A program made the translations under genes and the position numbers. The notes below the pieces were generated by a model. The model ran no database searches. It was not told where the DNA came from and saw only the letters and a list, made by a program, of their open reading frames with translations. Source: Octopus bimaculoides (lineage: Eukaryota). Taken from it: a DNA stretch of 64,000 nt. This document shows positions 1 through 12,228 of this stretch, piece after piece. Position 1 is the first letter of the stretch. Each line of letters starts with the position of its first letter. The stretch lies in NCBI RefSeq assembly GCF_001194135.2, contig NC_068982.1, forward strand, positions 38,719,523-38,783,522. Direction: 5' to 3'.

Positions 1-401
1 TATATTTATATTATACATATAGATATACATATGCATATATTATTGTGAGCATGTGTTATGCATATGTGTGTATGTGTACTCACACACACACACACACACA
101 AACATTCTAATAACTGAAATAAAAGTTGTCATGCACATATACATACATGCATACATTTGCACATACATATGTATGTACATACATGCATACATTTATACAT
201 ACACACATATACTCCTAATGCTCACATATGGTGCTGGTGAACATATATTTATATATTTGTTTTATGATACATGTATATTTTCAATTTGCTTACAAAATGT
301 GTATATAATTTATTTGAAGTTAAATGTTTTATATTCAATAAAGTCAGTGTTATTGAATGGAATAATAATTTTAAAAAATTCTACTTTAAAACTCGTTTCA
401 G

Positions 402-729
402 TTTAACCTTTTTGAAACGTCTCCAAGCAACCAATAACCTTCAGTTGAATAGCTTGGCTGTTGATGAAAGTCCACGAAGAAATAACTTGCCAACTGAGAA
501 GAAACTGGAGTTGTCTAGCAATCATGTGTTTCCTTATTTCAATATCAATGAGGAGGGGATGTCATATGACGATGAAAATTCTCGAGATGAACTTGAGTCT
601 GATATGATGAAGGATGATCTTAATCAGACAAATGATTCTGAGGTATACAGCAATAACAGACCCCAGAATGATTCAAGTTCTGTAATTTTGCCAGCGAGGG
701 GACATCATACCAACTTGGTTAGCTATTTT
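402..729 (+). CDS. SPOCK: Testican/SPOCK-like gene, internal exon (acidic low-complexity linker; gene 5' end lies upstream of the window)
   Basis: Acceptor tcgtttcag at 401. Open frame (ORF 271-738) LTFLKRLQ...YDDENSRDELESDMMKDD...LVSYF. Phase-0 donor gtaagt at 730 (alternative TTG|gttagc at 718) joins in frame to the 1744 exon. No domain homology recognised in this exon itself. Confidence 0.62.
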
Positions 730-784
730 GTAAGTTGATATAAATCTGCTCAATTGTAACTGATTGTGAATATATATATATTTT

Positions 785-1160
785 TTCCTACTCTAGGCAC
801 AAGGCCCAAAAGTTTTTGGGAGGGGGCCAGTTGATTAGATTGACCCCAGTACGCAAGTGGTACTTAATTTATTGACTACAAGAATTGTTATATTTAAAGC
901 AATATAGTATGTATGTGGATGTATGAATTGCGGTAAGGTCTGTTAAATGAGTTGAAGATGGATAATTATCCTTTCTACTGGAAGCACAAGGCCTCAAATT
1001 TGGAAGAAGGGATTAAGTCGATTACATTGACCTCAGTGTGTAACTGGTACATATTTAAGTGACCCAAAAAGGATGAAAGGCAAAGTTGACCTCACCAGAT
1101 GAAATACCGCTAAGCATTTTGCCCTGAATGCTAACGATTCTGCCAGCTCACCGCCTTAAT
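785..1160 (-). mobile_element. Octopus-type SINE family A, a fragment plus one CpG-decayed copy
   Basis: Reverse complement of ggcgagctggcagaatcgttagc...tttgcctttcatcc...ccttgtgcct...gaaag, repeated many times in this window. Confidence 0.8.
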
Positions 1161-1743
1161 AATAATAAATGAATTTAGAGACAAATTACAATAGGTGCAA
1201 GGAAACGTTCATTACAACTGCAGAAATTTTATAAAGCAAACTGATAGACATTTCAATTGTTAAAACGTTATAAATATTTAAATGTTCATCAAAATGTAGA
1301 ATAGAGGTTAAGAAAAACCTGAGTACAGTGTCACAATAATTCTGGTCACTTCTATTCAAAGGCTGGCATAATGCCAAGCTTAACTTCAAAGATTCTGGCT
1401 TGAAATCTGTTTAAACTGCAAATTGAAATCAAAATTGTTTACATGTCAAAGTAAACAACTTGCCCAAAGTGTCACACAGTAGCACCGAACCCAAAACCAT
1501 GTGTTTGGGAAGCTAATTTCTTAACCCCACAGCCATGCCTCTGCCTTTGTATGGAGAAAGTCCTTGTAGTGATAACTGCAAATTTTCCTGTGGTGAAAGT
1601 AGTTTATAAGAAGGAGGATTTATCACTTAACTGCTTTGTCCACTGGAAGACAGAGATAAGCTTGGCTATATATAAACATGTTTTTCAGAAATCCTTTGGC
1701 TATCTTTCTCATTTATCTCACTCATTTCTTTCTTTTTTTGTAG

Positions 1744-1795
1744 ATGTCACTTAGAAAGGGCAACAAAATGCACAAAAAACCACACAAAAATTATG
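1744..1795 (+). CDS. SPOCK: Testican/SPOCK-like gene, 52-nt basic exon (MSLRKGNKMHKKPHKNY)
   Basis: Strong acceptor ttctttttttgtag and donor G|gtaagg. Phase 0 in and phase 1 out, exactly bridging the 402-729 exon and the EC-domain exon at 4787. Confidence 0.7.
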
Positions 1796-2007
1796 GTAAG
1801 GATAATTCATCTTTTATTATTCATTTATGAGCTCCAAATTTTAGTTTTCTTTTATTAGAATTATTTCCTTTTCAGGGTATAACTGTTTAAAGCTTCTTGA
1901 TAAAAAAAAAAAAAACAGCAATAAACCCAGAGATGGTGCATGTTAGAATAGGGATATTGGCTTTATTGTGAGAACAATTTTTTTAACATAAACTTTTCTC
2001 TTTTTAA

Positions 2008-2229
2008 CCCTTTTGTTACCATATTTATTTTGAGATGCTCTGTGTTTCTTTCAATTAATTTTAGATATAATGAAGAATTTAGTAAAATAACTTAGTTATC
2101 ATTAAGCTAGTGTTAGGAACATAAATTGTTACTAAGGTTTGGTGGAAGATTTTAATTCAAAACTTATGAAAACAACTTATTTGTACTACAGAGCCAGAGG
2201 CAGTTTCAACCACGTTGATATCGAAAGGG
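2008..2229. mobile_element. piggyBac-like MITE
   Basis: TTAA|CCCTTT ... AAAGGG|TTAA termini (TTAA target duplication at 2004-2007 and 2230-2233). Confidence 0.75.
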
Positions 2230-2380
2230 TTAAATGAAGGTTTAAGAAGAGAAAAAGATATTTTAATTTTCCATTTTCCAAAATGGAAACATTTTGCAAG
2301 CAATATGAGAAAATTAGAGCATTTTCTAAATTATGTAAAATGAACTTAAAGATTACTGAGTTACAAATAGATTCAGTGAT

Positions 2381-2416
<36 letters not shown>

Positions 2417-4786
2417 TCAGGGATATCCTATTGTCCAACAGTCTGAATGTAGGTATCTAAGAAATATAATCCTCTATAGTTTTATTTTATTTTTGTTTCT
2501 AAAAGTTTTATAAAATCTGGTGTATCAACAGTACGATATATTGATAATTGAAGTTCAGTTTGGGACTGATACATATCTTGGAGGTGTTCGGTTATGGCAT
2601 GACAAAGAGAAGTTATATAATCAAAATTTAAGTTGAAAAGTGTCCAAAACTACCCTTCTTGAGTGCAATCCCTCTATACCTTACACCAGTGGCTCCCAAA
2701 CTATTTTGGAGTACTGCTCCCTTGGCACTCTGGCCACATTCCTAGCAACCCCCACTCACCATCACAAACAGAGAATACTTTCTGCAGCTAATTCAAAACA
2801 GCTGTATTTCACAAATAAAGCTTAATCTAATCGACCCATTATTTTGTTGTTTTTGTATCCATTTCCCCCTTTTAGGCCACTCTTTTTTCACCCCCCTTTT
2901 CTTCAAGGCAACTCTGGATCTTTCCACCACACCCAGGAGGAGAGTACTGCCCACTTTCAGAACCACTGCCCTACACTAATCACTAAGCTCAGTCCATCTC
3001 AGAATGTAAGCCCTCCGGATTTCCTTCCCTGTCTTTGCCACAGGTACAAATTTAAGAAGAATATTGAGTACATTAATCTCACTGGTTTAGGATGGTATGC
3101 AAAGATTATGGGCTCTGCCTCTTCCACCAGATCCAGCAAGTGTTATTCTATGTATGTATGCATGTATGTAGTTGTCCAAGAACCTACAAGTCAGAAAAAA
3201 TAGACACTTGTATATTTATTAATAGAGTGGGTATATCATAGGTTTGGTGGTACATAAGAACAGAGGACTCAAAACATGAGTATATATATTTTGAGTCCCG
3301 TTGTAGCTTCTAGGTAATCTAATCAGTCCTGGAGGTGGTTGTAGTGAAACCATAGTTGTTAGAATAAGTAAAAAGAATAAGAAATCATGTACTTCTTATC
3401 TTTACTTTTTTAAACAAAGATGGAAGCAAGGAGGTCTCTTTGCTCAGAGGGTGCACCTCATGAATCATGTATAAGAAATGTGACATTTCATGGTCGTGAA
3501 ACCATGGACATTGATGTGAGGTTGGTCCATGAAATGTTTAATGTAAACTTATATGAACAATTTGATCATGTAAGTTTAAATTAGTGGGGTGAATGAATGA
3601 CTAGGTAATATAATAAAAGAACCAAGCCAAGATATGCTGGAAAGACATTCATGCTGATGTGGACATGTTAGGGAAATAGATGATTACTACTAGGTGCTGT
3701 TTGCTTTTTGTGGAGGATGTATATTGAGGAAAACATGAGAAGAATTAGTTAGATTAAGCATATGGTGGTTGGGTCCTACAAAAGAGATGAGGAAAAAGCA
3801 GACATATGTTGTACATCAGATCTGTGCAACTCAAACAAGCTTAGAAAAACAGATGTTAAAATATTGAGGGTAATTATGATATGTACATAGGTGTGTATGT
3901 GTGAAAATATGTTGCTGTTGGATGATTAGAAAATATTCTACTGAAAATACAGTATAGATGAAATTAAAAATAATTAAGTTAGTCTTGTAAAGTATCTCTG
4001 AAATACAGATATGTATTTGAACTTTTATTGCTAAATGCTGTCTTTTAACTTTTGAGATTTTGATCATTAACTTACATGCAAACTGAAATAGATTTCCATT
4101 TTACATTTGACCAAAAGTATCCTTTTGTTCTATAATTAGATTTCTTAGGAAATGTTCTGAATATCACTATGTTGACTCAAAGATAAAAATAAAGACACTT
4201 ATTTTATACATATATATATTGGGTTGGTGCATAATTATTGCGGCTGGATTGAGACTTTTATTAGTAGTATTTGAACTTAATTCTGAGACCTATTCATTTA
4301 TAGTTTTGTCTATTCATATATTTTTTCATTTATCACTCTCCCAATTTTACCAGACTTTCATCCAACATGAATTCTAGTTTTGTTTCTGGGCTCTTCAAGA
4401 AAGCATTAGTTTATAATTTTTATTTCATGATGAAACATTTAATACATAAGAGTTGGCAATGACACAAATTTGAGGTAAGCTCTCAGCAAGTTAAGCTGTT
4501 ACTTTGCTTATATTCCTGTTTGTAGATATTTCATTTCTTTTAAGCCTATTAATGTGCCTGAGAAATTCACGATTATCCTGAGCATTTCTTCCTAATCTGA
4601 AATCAGTAGGGTGAACCGACCATTGGTCGGTGTTGTTCATGGCAGAATTTGAACTCAGAATGTTCATTACAAATATTTTGCAGACAAGTCAATTAATTTT
4701 GACACTGTTTTTTCTTGTGTATGAAATAAGTGAACAAATAAGTGTAAAAAGTGTATCAGCTATTAATTGTAAAGTTCTTTGTACAG

Positions 4787-4990
4787 AATGTGACCACGAA
4801 CAGTTGGAAGATATCATGAAACGCTTGACTGGATGGTTTGTGCTTCTTCATGCTAAATTCAAAGAAAGCAGAAAGAAAACAGTTAATGGTCCTGTTTATC
4901 AGATTCCAAGTTACAATTTACATCATGCAGTTAACAAAACTAAGCACCATTTTTCAGTGAAAAAGGAACTAAATAGTTTCTACAAATCAC
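4787..4990 (+). CDS. SPOCK: Testican/SPOCK-like gene, EC domain helix A exon (ECDHEQLEDIMKRLTGWFVLLH...FYKS)
   Basis: Acceptor ttctttgtacag, donor C|gtaagt, 204 nt, phase 1-1. The C-x3-L-x3-M-x-RL-x2-WF-x2-LH pattern matches the start of SPARC/testican EC domains. Confidence 0.9.
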
Positions 4991-5039
4991 GTAAGTTTAA
5001 ATTTTTGATAGTTTATTTTATTTTTTACATTTTTTTTTG

Positions 5040-5261
5040 TCATTAGACTGCAGCCATCCTTGGGCATCACCTTGAAGAATTTTTTGCTGAATGAATTGAC
5101 ACCAGTACTTTTATTTTTTGTTAAGCTTAGTACTTATTCTATTGGTCTCTTTTGTCAAACTGCTAAGTTACAGGGTCATAAACACACCAACACTGATTGT
5201 TAAGCAGTAGTAGGGGTACAAACCTGGACAGAAAGAGAGAGAGAGAAACACACACACACAC

Positions 5262-5308
<47 letters not shown>

Positions 5309-5550
5309 ACAGGCTTCTTTCAGTTTCTGTCTACCAAATCCACTCACAAAGCTTTGGTTGGCCTGAGGCTATAGTAGAAGACACTTGTCCAAATGCCACA
5401 CAGGGGAACTAAACCCAGGATGATGCAAATGGAAAGCAAGCTTATGTATATATGAGGCTATAGTAGAAAACACTTGCCCAAGGTACCACACAGTGGGACT
5501 GAACCTAGAACCATGTGGTTGGGAAACAAGCTTCTTACCACACAGCTACA
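5040..5550 (-). mobile_element. Octopus-type tRNA-derived SINE family B (internal microsatellite), with an extra head fragment
   Basis: Reverse complement of gtgtggtaagaagcttgcttcccaaccacatggtt...ccttgggcaagtgtcttctactatagcc...gaaactgaaagaagcc. Same family at 6035, 9965, 14120 and 44385. Confidence 0.8.
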
Positions 5551-6034
5551 CTTGCACTTATCCACGCTTGTGTTTAGAACAAGCTATTGGTAACTGAAGG
5601 AAAATGAAGTACTTACACTATACAATATCACTATTTCATTGAAAATGAACACAATTTACAGAAGTAGATACTAAGACAACCAGTATTTGCTTTCTAAAAA
5701 TTTTTGAGTCATCTCAAAATATCCATGGCATTATTTTGGGTGTTGAAACATCCATGGGCCAATTGAATATTATCAAATATTTCAGTGCAAAATCAAAAAC
5801 TTCCATATCAACAGTCCAGCACCCTAAACATCTCAAAAACCACACATTGAAAAAGATAATTTACCAACAAATTACAATATTTCAATGCCTTATTTCACTC
5901 AGCTATGCCTGCAATAACCCCTGCCTTTGCTGCAACATTAAGGGATTATGATAACACTGCTTTATACTAAAAGTACTCTTTTTCTCGCCTTAAGTATCTA
6001 TGTTCTATACAGTACTTCCTCTTAAATATTTTTT

Positions 6035-6435
6035 CATCTTTTACTTGTTTCAGTCACTGAACTGTGGTCATACTGGGGCATTGCCTTGAAGGGTTTTAAT
6101 TGAACAAATTGACCCCCCCCCCATGCTTATTTTTAACTGTGGTATTTATTCTATCAATCTCTATGCCATACTCATAAGTTATAGAGACATAAACAAACCA
6201 ACACCAGTTGTCAAGTGGTGGAGGGAACAAACACAGACACTAAGACATACACATATACATGTACGTATATACAACAGACTTCCACAGTTTCCTTCTAGCA
6301 AATTTACACACCAGGCATTGATTGAGCCCAGGGCCATGGATGAAGAGATTTGCCAAAGTTGCTGTGCCATGGAACTGAACCTAAAACCACATGGTTGCAA
6401 AGCAAACATCTTAACCACACAGTCATGCCTGCACC
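6035..6435 (-). mobile_element. SINE family B copy
   Basis: Homologous to 9965-10350 and 44385-44755. Explains ORFs 6123-6440 and 6179-6418. Confidence 0.8.
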
Positions 6436-6798
6436 TATAATATGTTCAACTACTCAATATATTCTTGTTGTGGATAGATTAACTTCAAATAAAAGGCAAG
6501 CTTTATGAAATGTGCATTAAAAGTCTAACTTGGGTGAGAAAATATTGTCAGGAAAAGTGAAAGACCTGTAATAGGTTTGATTTATATTTTTGTATATAAG
6601 ATAGTTTGACTAATTTGTTTGGATCTCGTCTGCAAGAAATGGTGTCAGCCTATAATAAATATAATGGTTAAATGAACCGGTGATTGTTGGCATTTCAAGA
6701 AAAGTGACTACCATATATTTTCTGCTTCATCTTTTTGTCATTTCAACCACCTTTTTTCTCATAAATGTTCTTTTATATATATATATATATATATATAT

Positions 6799-6994
6799 NN
6801 NNNNNNNNNNNNNNNNNNNNNNNNNNNNNNNNNNNNNNNNNNNNNNNNNNNNNNNNNNNNNNNNNNNNNNNNNNNNNNNNNNNNNNNNNNNNNNNNNNNN
6901 NNNNNNNNNNNNNNNNNNNNNNNNNNNNNNNNNNNNNNNNNNNNNNNNNNNNNNNNNNNNNNNNNNNNNNNNNNNNNNNNNNNNNNNNNNNNNN
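6799..6994. other. Assembly gap (N run) after (TA)n, ending 30 nt before the EF-hand exon
   Basis: N characters. Confidence 0.99.
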
Positions 6995-7024
6995 ATAGTA
7001 CGTTTTTTTTCTTTAATTATTTAG

Positions 7025-7228
7025 GTAAATGTCATTGTGTTCGTTCAATTATCTGGGAGTTCAAACGCTTGGATTTTGATGGTGACAAACATATAACCAA
7101 GAAAGAACTATCTAAGATTGAAAACAATCAAATGGAACCTTGTGTGGAGCCGTTTATGGATTCCTGTGACCGAAACCATGATTCCAAATTGACCAGACAT
7201 GAATGGTGTTGCTGTTTTGCTGCTGTGC
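7025..7228 (+). CDS. SPOCK: Testican/SPOCK-like gene, EF-hand pair exon (RKCHCVRSIIWEFKRLDFDGDKHITKKE...EPCVEPFMDSCDRNHDSKLTRHEWCCCFAAV)
   Basis: Acceptor attatttag, donor C|gtaagt, 204 nt, phase 1-1. Two canonical 12-residue EF loops (DFDGDKHITKKE, DRNHDSKLTRHE) plus EPC...C...EWCxCF typical of testican. Confidence 0.95.
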
Positions 7229-8359
7229 GTAAGTATTGGAAGCATTGCTTTATTTTGGAAACTATAAAATTCTATTCCAAAACATAAATTCAACGAAATT
7301 ATAAAGAAACCTAAAATTTTATACCTTTGGTAGTGACTATTCCAGTGGTGAATGTCCATTTTGAGAAAATGGTCAGTTGTCTTTTAAGTTTTCTTTCACT
7401 CTGGCTTTATCATGAGAGGAGAGAAAGAAAAAGGGAGAAAGAATGTGTGTTTATTGAAAGTTTAATGCTTTGTCTGCTAAGAATAAGTAGAATGTCTTAT
7501 GAGAAACATCTTCATAAATATCATAAAGTTAATAAAGTTATATAATATCTGAATAAAGTTATATAATAATAAAGTTATATAATTTATCTGAAGTTATATA
7601 ATGAAGTTATATAATTTATCTGAGTGCTCTACTGTGCAACCCTTTTACTGTGGAAATCATATATATCTACTCAAAATTTCATTACTCTTAACTTCAGAAA
7701 GCAGTTTTAAATACCAATCTATCTTTCATTGAGGAATGTCATATTTGAAACTATTTTTTATTGAGATGCATCAAGTTTATTGAGACAACGTAACTTGCAG
7801 AAAATAGAAATTCTGTTTTTTGGTAGAGATTTAACATTATAACTGGGATAAACATGAATTTTAATTTCATAGTTAAAAGGTTAATGCAGAGAATATTGTA
7901 TTGATTTATAATATTAGCACAAGACTACATATTTTTAGAGCAAGGAAGTATAATCGACTAAGTTTAACAAGTAACACTCCAGCTAGTTATTTTATTAACT
8001 CCAGACAGATGTATAAAACTTTGATAGTTGTCATAGAGACTTTAGTCTCTCTATCACCTTTCAACATAATTATATATGAAGAGACAATAGAACAATTAAC
8101 AATATAATAAAAAGGTTTTATTTATGATGATGCTTGGTTTCACAATTCCTGTCATTCAGCTTAGCAGCCGCTGATTAGGTTGTAGTTTGGTAATGGAAGG
8201 TTAAGGGCTTCCTTGATGCCTGCCAGAGAAACAAGTAGCTATCACCATCGAAGGCATCAAGGTGAAGTGGTAATTTGTTGAGGAGCGAGGAGTTGTCACG
8301 TAGAAGGTCTGAGCTCAACTGCCTAACAAAGTGAAACTTTCTCTTTAAGAACCAGTTTT

Positions 8360-8450
8360 ACTACGCATGCGCACTCGAGGGGCTTCCGGTGGTGAAGTCC
8401 CCTGCGCATGCGCAGAATAGTACTTCCTCAATGGCGGCTATAATTTCGCG
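8360..8450. promoter_or_regulatory. Intronic CpG-rich promoter-like motif cluster (2x NRF1-type GCGCATGCGC, ETS CTTCCGG, YY1-like AATGGCGGC)
   Basis: CGCATGCGCA 8364-8373, CTTCCGG 8383-8389, TGCGCATGCGCA 8403-8414 and AATGGCGGC 8430-8438, in otherwise CpG-poor intron. Confidence 0.5.
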
Positions 8451-8800
8451 CCACTACTGATGAAAGGCAAAAATAACACTAGTAGAATTTACTCATTTAA
8501 TGCAGCAATATGAAACAAAGTACCATAAACTCTGTACTTCAAACTTTTTCTGCTATTTCAATGCCTTTGTGATAATTTAATATCAGTTGAGGAAGAAGTA
8601 AATTGCCAAGGAACAGAGTTCAATATTATTTGGATTCCTGGTTGAATCCATTACATTCCACTTACCACATTAATACCTTTCAGAGAGGCATAAATGTTAA
8701 GTAATCTTATTTCACATCCTTATTAATTTTTATCCTTCAATATTGTGAAAAGAAAAAGAAAAGTCTCTCTAGGGATATTTTTGTAAGTTAAAATCTAGTG

Positions 8801-9235
8801 ATCACCATCATCATCATCATCATCATCGTTTAATGTCTGCTTTCCAAGCTAGCATGGGTTGGACGATTTGACTGAAGACTGGTGAACCAGATGGCTACAC
8901 CAGGCTCCAATCTGATTTGGCAGAGTTTCTACAGCTGGATGCCCTTCCTAACGCTAACCACTCCGAGAGTGTAGTGGGTGCTTTTATGTGCCACTGGCAC
9001 GAAGGCCAGTTAGGCGGTACTGGCAACGGCCACGCTCAAAATGGTGTATTTTATGTACCACCTACACAGGAGCCAGTCCAGCGGCACTGGCAACAATCTT
9101 GCTTGAATGACTTTTCACATGCCACCGGCACAAGTGCCAGGAACACGAAGCTGTGGCACAAGTGCCAGGAAGGTGACACTGGTAGCTATCACGCTCGAAT
9201 GGTGGTGCCATCACGATTTTGCTTTCGTGATATCT
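8801..9235 (-). mobile_element. RTE-tail SINE / RTE 3' end (family C) with (GAT)n tail
   Basis: (CAT)n followed by gtttaatgtctgctttcca..gcatgggttggac...ctggatgcccttcctaacgc, repeated at 15628, 20640, 25690 and 27270. Confidence 0.78.
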
Positions 9236-9549
9236 CTGGAAATTGCTTTTTACATGAATGTGAAACTTGAAATATTTTCAGGCAAAGGAAAATGGGAAAT
9301 TGTAGTCACTGTACCTTTCTCAAATTGTATAAGTGGAATTAAATATCTGATTGAAAGTATTTAAGCCACCTAAAGTTTGAGGACAATTCAGTATTTTATT
9401 GGAACAATTTGTGAGTTGTGGGGTTTTTCCTTTCTTCTTACCTAGAGTCCATGCACAGGTCATGAATAGTGCCATTTCTCTTCTGATTAAGTCATAAAAA
9501 GAAAAGAAATTATTATTTTACTAAGGTATTTTAATTTTCATCTCTTTAG

Positions 9550-9606
9550 GACCGCCATGTTTTTCCCACTTGAGGAGACTCCGATCTGATGCTGTTATGA
9601 AATCAG
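9550..9606 (+). CDS. SPOCK: Testican/SPOCK-like gene, linker exon (RPPCFSHLRRLRSDAVMKS)
   Basis: Acceptor tttcatctctttag, donor G|gtaaaa, 57 nt, phase 1-1. The PPC motif supplies the first Cys of the thyroglobulin domain. Confidence 0.85.
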
Positions 9607-9634
9607 GTAAAATTAAAATTTTCTTTCTTCATAA

Positions 9635-9860
9635 TTCTTTCTAATTTTGGCACAAGACCAGCAATTCTGAAGGGAAGTGGAAAAGTTGATTACATTGACC
9701 CCAATACTGGACTTGTAGTTATTTTATTGACCCTGAAAGGATGAATGACAAAGCTGACTTTGGTAGAATTTGAACTCAGAATCTAATACGCCAGAAGAAA
9801 TATCACAAGGCATTTTACTGACATTATTATGATTTTGCCAGTTTGTTGCCTTTCTTTTCC
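9635..9860 (-). mobile_element. SINE family A, CpG-decayed copy
   Basis: Same consensus as the other A copies, with CG replaced by TG/CA. Confidence 0.7.
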
Positions 9861-9964
9861 TCATAATGTGTTTACATTTTATAGCATTACTGAAATTTCT
9901 AAATATTCAAACTTTTCCATATTACTTTATAAAGCCATTATTGATTTTAGTCATTTAGGATAAA

Positions 9965-10350
9965 TAGCTGTGTGATAAGAAGTTTGCTTCTCAACCACGT
10001 GGTTCTGGGTTCAGTTTCACTGTGTGGCACCTTGGGCAAGTGTCTTCTAAGGCCCTGGACCAAACAAAGATTTGTGAGTAGATTTAGTAGACAGAAATTG
10101 AAAGAAGCCTGTTGAATATATATATATATATATATACATATATATATCTGTGTCTTGGTATCTGTCTCCCCCCACCACCATTTGACAACCGGTGTTGGTT
10201 TGTTTACATCCCTGTAATGTAGCAGTTCAGCAAAAGAAACTGATAGAATGAGTGTCATGTTTAAAAAACTATGTACTAGAGTTGATTTGTTCAAGTAAAA
10301 TTCTTCAAGGCTGTGCCCCAGCATGGCTGCAGTCTAATGACTGAAACAAG
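9965..10350 (+). mobile_element. SINE family B, near full length
   Basis: tRNA-like head (ggttctgggttcagt), internal (TA)n, 3' end cagcatggctgcagtctaatgactgaaacaag. Confidence 0.82.
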
Positions 10351-12228
10351 CAAAAAATAAAATAAATAGTTTAATTTTAATCATTATTTTTATATTAAAA
10401 TATAAATGATTTATTGATGTGATTTAAAATTACATTTCAAGGTTGAGTGGTATATTTGAAATATTTCTAACCTAGCATTGTCATAGCCCATTTGGTTGAA
10501 ACCAATGAAATTACATTTTCACATGCGTGTTCCTTGTTAAAAACTTAAATAGTTTCAGCATGTTATAGAAATATTAACTAAAATTTCCCCAGATCACATC
10601 CTATTCTCCTAAAAATAGAAAGGCAGACGAGATAATTTAGTCTTGGACACACATATCATATCTGAAAAGATGAGATTGTCATGTCAGGAATTATTTTGAT
10701 TAGGTTTGCCTGACTATGCTTGACATAGAGCTAAACTATAAAGAAATATTAGAATATCATGACAGAGCAGTAATAAATCAATGAAGATTAGAGCTGTTCT
10801 CTGTAGTATGCAGAATATCCAGTAGTGTTGTACTAGGTTTTTATGCTTCTTCATCAACATGCAATTTATCTTCAATTTTGTTTCGATGCACATGGTTATA
10901 CAAATGCTCACCAGGCTTTCAATTCAGGTTATTTTAAATCTACCTTTAATGTAAGATACACTTCCCATCAAGCTCTGCAAATACAAATATATTTCCAGTG
11001 TGTGCATGCAGGAATGCATGCATGCGCACACACACATATGCACAATGTTAAAAGAATTGTGTATTGTACACATAAATTGTGTGTGATGTATCTGTGTGTA
11101 TCTATATACACATGTACACACTCATGCACAGCAAAAACCCATGATATAACATACAAATATGTATATGCTTCAAATATATATACTATTCATTTAAAAGTGA
11201 TGTCTCAATGTCCTATACTGTCTTAAACAACATCAATATGTAAATTAATGATTAATATTTCAAACAAAACCCTATAAAATCAGAAGAGAGAAATCATTAT
11301 TAATAACATCCGTTTTAATGACACAGATATAATTATCTCTTGTGAGGTAAAAAAATATTGGTGTTACATTAGATAAACACACAGCTTTCTTACTGTTTCT
11401 ATAAGGAAATAGTATTATGAAATTCTTAGTCATCAGTCATATTGCTGTTTCAAAATTGGACTATTATAAGTATTGTTGTTTTAAAATTGAACTATTATAA
11501 TTATCTCTTCTCAGTATTCCTTGGAAATATCTTTAATGACAATGTTCATGCTATTGCTAAGATCCTCTTCAAAACAAATACATTTTCCACAGTAGTCCAT
11601 GAACCTCGGTTATAAATAAAAATTCATAAAAATATTAATTCATTAGTTTCTTCTTATTTGGCTGATTACTTACTAGATGCACAATTTTACATGCTGTGAT
11701 CAATCAATTTGAGAAAGCCCCTCCTATATTCATCAACTCATTCAGATATCTGGATGAGCTACTAACAGATGATTTTAAATTCATAACTTTTGGATCAACC
11801 ATTCCAGTATATTCAGCTTAGAATTTTGCTCATTCTTTACATTTACAATTTTAATAATAATCTTTAACAAAAATATCTGCTCATTTATTTTAGTAACCCA
11901 ACTATATTCTCTGGTTGTTTTACATTTATTTATTAATTTACGTTTACAATAATAGTTAAGACTGTTCCTGACTGTTATCATTTGACAAGCTACTTTGATA
12001 TATAACTCATAACTATTCAGTTATTGATTCTTCAGATGTTGGTAAACTAAATCAGCTTGAACCCTTTTAAACCCTATGCTTTAAACAAAATGATCACCAT
12101 TACTTCACTAGTGATATTTTAAAACTTTAAAATAGCTAATCATTTACTAATATTTGTCTTCATAACTCAGTTCTCTTAATCTTGAAATACTTAAACCTGA
12201 AAATATGATTTTCTTTTTCTTTTTGTAG

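Noticed and set aside
8303-8313. RNase P/MRP RNA gene (GAAGGTCTGAG; GAAGTCCCC nearby)
   Set aside because: No complementary 3' P4 strand (TTCAGAC-like) at a suitable distance. Kept only as a lead for a covariance-model search.
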